From the NCBI RefSeq assembly GCF_009914755.1, contig NC_060930.1: a stretch of 64,000 bases of DNA. One strand, given 5' to 3'. The notes under the pieces are model-generated. The model was not told the origin of the DNA, did not search any database, and saw only the letters and a list, made by a program, of their open reading frames with translations. The position numbers and the translations under genes are program-made. Each line of letters opens with the position of its first letter. Positions within the stretch are counted from its first letter, which is position 1. Positions 29,033-40,222 of this stretch are shown here, piece by piece. This DNA comes from the human T2T-CHM13v2.0 reference genome, Homo sapiens.

Positions 29033-29272
29033 TAAATATAGAAATATATTTAGGAATATAGAATATAGAAGAAACAAATATAGAAGGGAATATAGAAAAA
29101 TAGGATCATAGAAAATAAATAGGAATAAAGAAAGGAATATATAAAAATAGGAATATATAAAGTGTTCTAGAAAAATAGGCATCTAGAAAGGAATATAGAA
29201 AAATAAGAATATAGAAAGGAATATAGAAAAATAAGAATATAGAAAGGAATCTAGAAAGGAATATAGAAAAAA
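29033..29272. repeat. Degenerate purine-rich tandem repeat, (GAATATAGAAA)n-like
   Basis: Recurrent ggaatatagaaa / aagaatatagaaa units. Confidence 0.85.
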
Positions 29273-30684
29273 CAGCTGTGTGCTGGTAGCTTGTGAAATA
29301 TAATGTTGGATTAACCAGGCATGTCATGTGTGATGATAGTGAGTATCACTGAGAGATGAGTCTGATTCCCCGAAGCAGCTGCTGTTACACATCCCATGAG
29401 TGTACAGTTTAGCACTGCTCCCACAGACCCACTGACCCAGCTTTATTCATGAGCACCGTAGAGATCATGACAACAGGTAAGTAGTTCAATGTTCCACATG
29501 GCTGTGCTTATGAGAGATCATGAACTATGGGATCCAGTGGCTTCCAAGTCATTTTAATTTTAATATGGAAATTTCCAAACATACTCAAAAATACAAAAAT
29601 AGTTGAATGAATCTCTATGCATATCCCTCAGCTCCAACAGTTACCAACTCCTGATCAATCTTAGTTTTCCTATACTCTGCCTAGTTTCCCTATCCACTGA
29701 GTAGGAATCAATCCAGCCATCATAGCATTTCATCTTGTAATATTTTCCTCTAAAGTAGGAACACATAGGTATCTCTGGAACTATGTGTGCACTATCTTCA
29801 GGACACTGCTGAAGGAGGAGCAAGAACTATTCCTGTGGTTCTTAAAATTCAATACAAGTAATCACACCTTTGATCCACCTGTGGGGACTGATCCCTCTTG
29901 TGGGAGCAAAGATGGGGCCATGGTATATAAAATATAAATATAAAACTAATATCAATGTCATTGTCCTAAGAAAAATAACCATGATTCCTTAATATCAAGT
30001 CAGTGTTCCACTTCCCTGATTGTCCTACAATGTTTCACCCTGTCTATGTGCATTAGACTCCTCCTGAAGTTATGGATTATGAATTGTTGATCTCTTTGGG
30101 TTTATTTAATTCATAGGTTCCTGCCCTTTTTCATTTCATTCCAACTTTGGGAATAAAAAAATTCCTGGGGTTTTTCTCCTGAAGAATTTCCACAGTCTAA
30201 ATTTTGTTGATTATATCTGTAGGATCCTTTAACACGTTTCTCTGTCTTTTATATTCCCTGTCAATTGGTAGTTAGATCTAGAGCTTAATCAAGTTCAAGT
30301 TTAATATTTCTGGCAAGACTACTTCATAAGTGGCTTAGTACATTTACATTGAGAGATACCTGGTAGCTGCTTGTCTCTTCTTTTGGAACATTACTTGCCA
30401 CTGATAATCACTGCCTGGATTTACTAACTCATCAGAGGTTGCCAAATGACAATATTCTCATCTTATCATTACTTCTTCATTTATTGCTGCAGTGCTTAAA
30501 TAAAGACCAATTTCTCCCATCAACTCTTGGTGACACTGAGATATAGCTCATATAGGGAAGACAAGACATATGCATCATTTTTTCTTTTCCAAATAATAAA
30601 TTGGCTCCCTACATCCTCCCAAAGTGATTAATGAGTTGAGTGTGTTTATTTAAACATAGTTTATATGTTTCAATCCTTTGCAGT

Positions 30685-31056
30685 TGCATTAGTCTGTTCT
30701 CACACTGCTATAAAGAACTGCCCAAGACTGGGTAATTTATAAAGGAAAGAGGTTTAATTGACTCACAGTTCTGCAGGGCTGGGGAGGCCTCAGGAAACTT
30801 ACAATCATGGCAGAAAGGGAAGCAAACACGTGTTTCCTCACATGGCAGCAGGCAGGAGAAGTGCCGAGCAAAGGGGAAAGCCCCTTATAAAACCATCAGA
30901 TCTCATGAGAATTCACTCACTATCATGAGAACAACATGAGGGTAACCATCCCCATGATTCAATTACCTCTCACTGGGTTCCTCCTATGACACATGGGGAT
31001 TATGGGAATTACAATTCAAGATGAGATTTGGGTGGGGACACAGCCAAACCATGTTA
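30685..31056 (-). mobile_element. THE1C/D MaLR solo LTR
   Basis: attagtctgttctcacactgctataaagaactgcccaagactggg...gagatttgggtggggacacagccaaacc. Confidence 0.92.
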
Positions 31057-33199
31057 ACAGTTATTTTGGTGAGTACTCTTTCGGATGCTCAAATTGCTCC
31101 ATCTTTGGGCACACGCAGCTTATCCAGAGTCTGCCACCCTCTAGTAGCTTCTGAATACCTCCTTGCTCTTTAGCACGATGAGATTTTCCAGTCTCATCTT
31201 GTAAGTTCCAGTCTCACACATGGAATCACCTATTTCTCCAAGGGAGCTTTGGTTTTTGAAACATATGTCTTCAAACCGAACCTACCCATCTTTAATCTTT
31301 TTAATTGTACAGCGTAAGCAGAAAAGCAAAGTGTTATCTTCAAGAGAAGGATTTAACATTTAAGTTTAAAACACCTTGCTAAAAGCGGAATTCAGCCACA
31401 TTATGGGCCACGTCATAGTTTTCCATCTCAAAGGTCCTTATGTCCCCACAAGCACCATCCTGAGCAGAAAACCTCTTCGTGATGACGCAGAAGGACTGGC
31501 CAGCAGGGTAGGCACTGTACTTGAACTCCAACCCCAAAAATCACAGCAGGATTCCATTACAGGTTTTGTGCAATGACAGGTATGACCAGTATAAATTACT
31601 CATATTTTGTGATTCAAATACATACTGTCCGTGTCTATGTTAGGATAGCCTTGAAACTGTATGTTTACACAGTTACTTTCACATTAACCCACATCCCTCT
31701 CTCTGGATACAGTTTCCAGGATGTTCAGACCCACGACTGAAGTTCCCAGCAATCTCTTTTTACTTTTCACAGAATCTCTCTTCAGTAACTTCTGACTTTT
31801 AGAAGACGTTATCACTGTGTAAATGACCTCATCCTTCACGACCTCTCTAATTCCCACCTCATTCTCAGGGTGCCCATTATAGGGTGCGGAGAAGGTTAGA
31901 ATGGATTTGAAAGAATGTGGTTGGATTCAAAGAAGCCCTAGGAGACCCAACAAGTCAGCATTTTTCTCTTGTGAAAAGAACCACCTGCCAACCCCAGCCT
32001 GTTCCATTGCTGACATCAGAGGATCAGGTATATTTAGGAGAAGCTAAGGACCTAGCTTAAATCTACCCAAGGATGTTCCATATTACAGATAAGCTAAATT
32101 AACTACAAACTAAGATTACACCAATCTCCAGAGCTTTAGTGAGAGAAGGGAAAATATGAGAGGAAAATAGTATGACAGATTTGATCCAACATTGAAACAG
32201 GTGCATTTTGAGGGTTGTTTATCCTGTAAATCATCTCAGTTACAGTTCACATGGATGTTACTCATTTCATGGGTAGGCAAACTCTGTCTCTGCCTCACTT
32301 GTTCCTAGGCTTCCATTTGCCAAGGTTTCTGGCTGGCCTCTGGCTTTGTTGAAGAGATAGCTAGCACTAGCAGGGAGAAATACAGGTGATCAGAGTCCAG
32401 GCTCTCTGAACATACAAACAGTATAACTGTTGTTCACTAAATGGAAAAATCCCAAAATCAAAAACCAATGCAAAACAGTGAAGTGGCTTGAGCTCCTAGG
32501 AGGTTAGGTAGAAATTAAAGAGAATCAGTGGATGGGTAGAATTTTAAGCAGTAGGTAGTTACCCAATGTAGAACGAGGATTAGCTTAGACACCTAGTCTG
32601 GTGGTTCTCAGCCTTTCAGCATTTGCATACGATAACTTTTAAGGCTTACTTAAAAAAAAAAAACAAATTATGGGTAAGTCTACAATAATGATAGCACAGG
32701 CACAGCTACAGCATGACAGCGTCTCACAATGTCTTCAGGAGCATCCACAATCATCCACTGACCCCAGAGAGCATGTCAAGGATGAGAACTGCTTTCTGCC
32801 CTGGCCACACCCTCTGTTTTGCTCATAATGCAAAGTTCTTTTACAGTGCAGTAAATGTGAAATTTTTCTTTGGTATTAGTTAGACATTATTCCTGCTTGT
32901 TACTTGTAGTGCCCTGTTTCTTGCCTTACACCTGGTCACTAACCACTCAATTCAACTTTTCACTCTCATATGATAGACAAGTAATAGTACTGTGTGCAAG
33001 TGTGAATAATGGATGGAGTAACAATGCTTATCTGAGGATATGGCCATTGCCCCAGGTACTGAATTTGTGTGCTTGTCAAAATAAAAAAGAATGGGCAAGT
33101 ACTTCAGAGTGTCCACACTTCTGGTGGTAGTAGACTTGGTCTATTGGTGAGTAATGGAGAGCTGGGATTGTTTCTAAGTAAGCATGAACTGCTAATATC

Positions 33200-34205
33200 T
33201 GTGATAAATTGTATTAATCCTCTCAGCTATTCACTTCCTCTCTGTAAGAGGATTTTACATCCCATTCCCACCCATTGCCAGATGATTGACAGCAGTATCT
33301 CTCTGTAGGCAATATACTTCCCCACCCAGTGTCAGGCTTGGCCACCTGACTTGATTGCGCCCAAGGAGCAGAAGTGGCAGAATATCAATTCAGGGCAGAA
33401 GCTTTGAGAGGCATCATGAATTCCTGACAGCCCTCTTGCTCCTTCTGTCTGCCACAAGAACAGCAGATCCCAAATCAGTGCTGTTCCTTCAGGGTGGGTC
33501 TCAGAAGGAGAGCTGCAGCCTGGAGCAGAGCTGCAGCAGCTGACCTACAGCTGCTGTATGGGACATGGCCAAGAAAAAGCTGTTTCCCCAGTAAACTACT
33601 GCTCAATGTGTCTGCATGTACTACAGAGATTTGGGGGTATCTGTTCTTGCAGCCAAATCTAGCTAATGCAATTGGTCATATTACTAGTTCAACTGCCAGA
33701 GTAGGGTTCAACACATTCTTTGGTGATGCAGGGGTATCTGATTGTGGTAGATTAAATTACTGTTTGGAGAGATTCACATTTTCCCTCATTTCCAAGGGAT
33801 GAAAATACTTCCTGGGTCTATAAATGTTGGGCATGGCAATGATATTGCTTTGGCCTCATGATAGGTGCAGTGGACTTCCTGCCCTTTGATGTTGGGGTTG
33901 ACCATGAGACCTGCTTTGGCCAATGGCAGGTTGCTAGATGTGATGCAATAGAAGCTTGAAATGTGCTTGTGTGGTTGGGCTTTATCTCTGCACCTCAGCC
34001 ATCACCATGAAGAGAAAATTCCCAGGCTTACCTATGGGCCCCAAAGGAGGCTGAGAGACATTCAGAATGGAGTTGACCTAGCAAAGCTTCCTCAAACCTA
34101 CACTAGCAGGCCCCAGCCAGCCCACAAACACATGAGATAAATGAATGCTTACTATTCTATGCTGCTAAGATCGATGGCTCTTATGCAGCATTATTTATCA
34201 ATAGC
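33200..34205 (+). mobile_element. Adjacent old MLT1-type LTR remnants
   Basis: ggcttggccacctgacttg; ccatgagacctgctttggccaatgg; aataaatgaatgcttac...ttatgcagcatta. Confidence 0.6.
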
Positions 34206-34757
34206 TCTGATGGTAAAGTGTCAACTTGATTGGATTGAAGGATGCCTAGATAGCTGGGAAAGTATTGTTTCTGGGCGTGTCTAGGAGGGTGTTGCCAGAG
34301 GAGATTCACATTTGAGTCAGTGGACTGGGAGAGGAAGCCTCCCCTCAATGTGGGTGAGCACCATCCAGTTGGCTGCCAGTGTGGCTTGAACAAAGCAGGC
34401 AGAAAAAGGTGGGATAGGATGTCTTGCTGAGTCTTCTAGCTTTCATCATTCTCCTGGGCTGGATGCTTCCTGCCCCTGGACATCAGACTCCAGGTTCTTC
34501 TTGTACTTACATGAGTGGTTTGCCAGGGGCTCTCGGGCCTTTGGCCACATACTGAAGGCTGCACTGTTGGTTTCCCTACTTTTGAGGCTTTTGGACTCAG
34601 ACTGAGCCACTCCTGGCTTCCTACCTCCTCAGCTTGCAGACAACCTATCGTGGGACTTCACCTTGTGGCCGTGTGAGCCAATTCTCCTAATAAACTCCCT
34701 TTCATAGATATGTAGATCCTATCAGTTTTGTCCCTCTAGAGAACCTTGACCAATATA
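34206..34757 (+). mobile_element. MLT2A (HERV-L) solo LTR, nested in the end of an MLT1 LTR
   Basis: gtgtcaacttgattggattgaaggatgc...ctaataaactccc...tccctctagagaacc. 5-nt TSD atagc at 34201-34205 and 34758-34762. Confidence 0.9.
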
Positions 34758-37700
34758 ATAGCTGACTGTGTCAACACTGAGTGAGCAGCCACTGTCACTG
34801 TACTGACCTGGATGATGCAGCTACACAGGTAGTAACTGTGGCAGCAGTTTTGGTTTCCTTTTTACTCCCAGGATCTTAAAGGCCTTTATCCTAAAGATCC
34901 CTCTCCTCTGCCCCCAACTGCCCATTCCTCCCGTTTTTGTATGGGATATACTCATAGAGAATAGTAGGTTACAGTTCTAGCTAACAAGAAGTCTCTGATA
35001 CTACAGAACTGAATATGCCCATATTTGTTAGTGATATTTTATCCTATACTGGCGCAATAAACCCATAAGCTTTGATCGTAGTTTCCTTATTTTTTGGATA
35101 CACTTATGTATTGTTTATAGTGAATCTACTGCTTTTAAAATTAAACATTAGATGTTATATCAATAATGTTCACACATAAACATGCTTGAGGCAGTTCCCA
35201 TGGTGGTATGTTTATGTGACATCAGGAACGGAATTTGAGCTTTCCAATTCCAAAGGGATTCCTTTAGGCCCATCATCAATATAAATGATACCATTGTTTG
35301 AAATATTTGCAAAATAGAAAAAATTAAAACCTCATTAGAAAGTGTCTTACTGATTTTTTTTATTACCTTAGTTGTCAGGGAGACTTCTAGACCTTAATAG
35401 CTACCTTCTTTTCTATAATTTAATGAGCAGTCACACAAACACCAATATTGCTACAGAAAGGGACTTTCCAGCTTTGGGAATATCTGTTTCTGACATTTCC
35501 TTTCAAAGGGGGATTTTTATAAACATAATTTTTCTTCTTCCAAAAGAGGAACCACACTATGATTCCAACTTCCATGGAGCCCATCGGGGATGGTGGTATT
35601 TCAGTTCAATTAGGGTGCTGTCTTTGTTAACTGTTGTGTTTAGTTGTGATCTCAGACTTCAGATTTGAAATCTCTCTTCGGGGAATTCATTTCAAAAGAT
35701 CCAGATAACATAGTTTAGGCACATGGAGTATCTGAGGGCAGTCCAGTGTTGGAATGAGAAAGATTGAGTCTCAAAAACAAAGAAAGTCTCAAAAACAGTT
35801 ATTAGAAAGAAAGTCACTGGGAACCCATCCAGCACTTTCTCCTGACAGGGCTGTCTTCCTCCTCTCACTTTACAGGATGAATGGTGCCAATTCTACCAGC
35901 AAAGCCTTCATCTTTAAAATGACTCATAAAAATGGTAACTGTAGTATGTGTACCATCACACTCACTTTGACTTAGAATATGCTTGAATGCATAAAAATAT
36001 GTCAGGACACTGGACATACTCAACACAGAATGGAACTTTGTAGCCAATAATTAATTTAATAATACTTCCTATTTTAAAAAATAGCCTGAGTTCTAGAAAT
36101 GGTGTGTATTTAAATGGATTTGTTTACTTTCCATGTCTTTAGCTTTTTGAAAACAAGACTATATCGCATAAAATGAGAAAACTGTTCATGCTACAGTGAA
36201 ATAGCCATAAAGACTGTACCAGTAAACAGTTCCATCCACAGCATGTCAAGACCCCCAACTTCCTTTCTCAAGCATGGTGCCCAGCACTCATTTCCTTCCC
36301 CAAATGGAAACTCAGCCTGGCATTGCTCAGGTCAGTGGGCTGTCATTCAACACCGAAAGATATTGAGGGGAGGATGTTCTCCTACACCTTTAATTGAAAT
36401 GGAAATTCAATTTAAAGGTGCTTTAAAGAATGAGATTGCAGCCTTGGAGCAGGCTAGGCAGACTTGTGGGATGCCTCATCAGACAGCAGCATTTTGCACA
36501 AGGAACTATGGTGAGCCAGGGCCTTTCCCCCTACTCACCCAAACTCATCTTCCAGATTTCCTCTGGGAAAATAAATCATTGGGCCATGCCTTTATCAAAA
36601 TGTTAACTATCTCTGCTGTACAAGTTAGGGCTTGAAAACTATTCGTCAGAACTGGGAAAGGAAAGCATTCCACATTATGGTCCCATAAACTTCCTGCATT
36701 CAGTACTTGCAATCAATTCTGGTGTCTAAGGACATATTACTAAAGAGTGAGTGTATTTACAGAACCTAGGACAACAGAGGGACTCAGGCAGTGTCCAGCA
36801 GGGTGGCCAACTGTCCTTGTTTGCCCAGGGCCGGGGAGTTGGGAGTTTCAGAGCTAACACCAAAAAAATGTCTCAGGCAAACTGGGTAGAGCTGTTCCCT
36901 CCATGACTGGGTCAGTCCTCATCTCCCCAGTTATGCTCAGAGGAAGATTCCAAAGGTCTACACTTGCAGGCGTCACAAGTCCTCCCTGCCCATCCCATGG
37001 GCCCTGATGCCTAGAAGAAGACACGGGATTCCCGCCTGGCTGGAGGATGGGTCTGGGATCTGCTTGCCAGCCGTTCCCGGGATTGGGGGCAGGTTGCTGA
37101 GCCTGTCTAGTTGCCTGCCAGGCTTCCCCTTTCTTTCCGCACCCCTTCCTCCGCAGAGCCTCATGTCTACCTGGTTCTTCATCTGGTCCTGAGTCCTTGC
37201 CCATTCTACTGTGGCTCTGGCCCTGCTTCATTCCTGCCTGATTCATCCTCAGAAGGCAGGTTTCTGTCCTGTCCCTACACATCCATGGCCTTAAAGCAAG
37301 ATGCTGACGCTGTCTTGATGGCTGGACCTGCCCTTCCTAGAGACGGCTGCTGCCAACCCATTTCCCAGACAAGTACCCAGGCCACAGACAGCAGGGCCAG
37401 CCCACGGAAAACACAAAGCCCTTTTTTCCCTAGCTAGCCTCTCCATGTGGAGGAACAAGTCCTATTGCTTGGTGGAGAGCCAAAGCCCTTTCCTTTCTCA
37501 CTTACTCTTCTCTCACTGCTACTGGGATCCTGGCAAACCACACAGGCAGGTCCATGTGGCTTATGACACAGGAGTTCCGAGCTTTGCGACATGACATTGG
37601 CAACTGCTCAGTTATCCGTGATTAGTTATGAATCTAAATGCGTGGGCTTCCCCCTTTTCCTTCTCAAAGGCTGAGCTTCCCCTTGCCCTTCAGGAGCAAA

Positions 37701-39020
37701 AGTCTTCCCCTTTCTACTCCAGCACTCCTTGGTAGGCAGAGAAGCATTTACTTCTTCCCTGCCTACCCTGAGCCCCGGCAGTATTACAAACAAAAGTAAA
37801 AAGTAAAACACAAGGCAAAACTCATCAGCCACACGGGCTTGTTTTATTCCATTAATATTGGTTGTTCTCTTTTCTGGGAGTTGTGTAGGCATCTAATTTG
37901 ATTATTTTAGTTATGTGTCCCTCTCTAATAGAAAAGAGGAGTGAGTTTGCCTGTCCTTTTTCCGTTTCAAGCGTCTGCTGGGGAAGGGCCTTCTGATACC
38001 CTCTCTGGAATCCTTCCACTCTATCAGTGTGAGGGAAGAGGCTCAGCTTCTTCATGTATGTTGCTCCTTTGCCATTTGGTCCATTCTTGTGTTTTCAGCA
38101 AAACCAGTTTCCACAATCCAAATTACTGTGCTTCTCGACTGTGGATAAATGAGAAAATACTCCTCTCTGTGAACGCGCTCCTTCGTGGAGACAGTAATGA
38201 GTACAACTTCCAGAGCTCTGCGCAGCCAGCAACCCTGGCAGGAGTCCCTGTGTTATTCATAACCCAGAGCTGTGTTGCCATGGCAGTACTGCTTGCTAGA
38301 CCTTGGACCCACCAGGAAAATTATCTTTCTTCATGAAATAATCCTAAGAAGAGAGATGTGGCTTGAGGAGCAGATGAAATTCATTTAAATTCCACAGCAC
38401 TAGATTGAACATTGATGTACACAGATGTGCCCCTTTGACATAGATGAAGCTGGAGGAAATTGTACTAAAAAGTAAGTAAGTGAGAAAACACATTGTCATT
38501 CAATCTCTTGAGGTCCCATCCAGGAAGATGATAAAAAAGGTATCAGGTGCTGGATTTTCATGGAATCAATCCTGCTTTCCCTAGAAAGAATTAAAATTAA
38601 GATCCATCTCATAAATGGGTGGATGAACACCTGGGTTGTGTTGGCATAGCAACACTTCTTCATGTGGGGGCTGATGGTGGGACCCACCCACTCATACAAA
38701 CAGCGTGCGGCCCATGCAACACAGAGATGGCTAGATTACTTGGTCTGGAAAAAATAAGATGGTCCTGCTCTGTTTTCTTTTTTCTCTGAATTTGGTGCTA
38801 TTTGAGAGACGGAAATAGAATTTCATATACAGAAAGGCAAACAGATTGAGACAAAGTCTTTGTAAGGTGTCTGAATAAAGGAGGTGTTAATTGGTGATGA
38901 AGTCCTTTTATCCTTTGCGGGAGAAGGATTTAGATGATGTTAGGGAAAACAGCCAGAACCAAGAATATTTTTCTGCTACAGGAATCTTTTGTGTAACAGC
39001 AAAACTATGTCACCTTCTTT

Positions 39021-40222
39021 TTTTTTTTAAGTTATACTTTAAGTTCTAGGGTACATGTGCACAACGTGCAGGTTTGTTACATATGTATACATGTGCCATG
39101 TTGGTGTGGTGCACCCAGTAACTCGTCATTTACATTAGGTGTATCTCCTAATGCTTTCCCTGCCCCCTTCCCCCACCCCGCAACAGGCCCCGGTGTGTGA
39201 TGTTCCCCTTCCTGTGTCCAAGTGTTCTCATTGTTCAATTCCCACCTATGAGTGAGAACATGCGGTGTTTGGTTTTTTGTTCTTGCAATAGTTTGCTGAG
39301 AATGATGGTTTCCAGCTTCATGCATGTCCCTACAAAGGACATGAACTCATCCTTTTTTATGGCTGCATAGTATTCCATGGTGTACATGTGCCACATTTTC
39401 TTAATCCAGTCTATCATTGTTGGACATTTGGGTTGGTTCCAAGTCTTTGCTATTGTGAATAGTGCCACAATAAACATATGTGTGCATGTGCCTTTATAGC
39501 AGCATGATTTATAATCCTCTGGGTATATACCCAGTAATGGGATGGCTGGGTCAAATGGTATTTCTAGTTCTAGATCCTTGAGGAATCGCCACACTGTCTT
39601 CCACAATGGTTGAACTAGTTTACAGTCCCACAAACAGTGTGAAAGTGTTTCTATTTCTCCACATCCTCTCCAGCACCTGTTGTTTCCTGACTTTTTAATG
39701 ATTGCCATTCTAACTGGTGTGAGATGGTATCTCATTATGGTTTTGATTTTCTCTGATGGCCAGTGATGATGAGCATTTTTTCATGTGTCTGTTGGCTGCA
39801 TAAATGTCTTCTTTTGAGAAGTGTCTGTTCATATCCTTCACCCACTTTTTGATGGGGTTGTTTTTTCTTGCAAATTTGAGTTCTTTGTAGATTCTGCATA
39901 TTAGCCCATTGTCAGATGAGTAGATTGCAAAAATTTTCTCCCATTCTCTAGGTTGCCTGTTCACTCTGATTGTAGTTTCTTTTGCTGTGCAGAAGCTCCT
40001 TAGTTTAATTAGATCCCATTTGTCAATTTTGGCTTTTGTTGCCATTGCTTTTGGTGTTTTAGACATGAAGTCCTTGCCCATGCCTGTGTCCTGAATGGTA
40101 TTGCCTAGGTTTTCTTCCAGGGTTTTTATGGTTTCAGGTCTAACATTTAAGTCTTTAATCCATCTCGAATTAATTTTTGTATAAGATGTAAGGAAGGGAT
40201 CCAGTTTCAGCTTTCTACATAT
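39021..40222 (-). mobile_element. 5'-truncated L1PA (older GAG-type, ~1.2 kb) with a 15-nt TSD
   Basis: The ORF2 C-terminus appears in ORFs 39235..39735 and 39710..40246. TSD tatgtcaccttcttt at 39006-39020 and 40220-40234. Confidence 0.95.
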
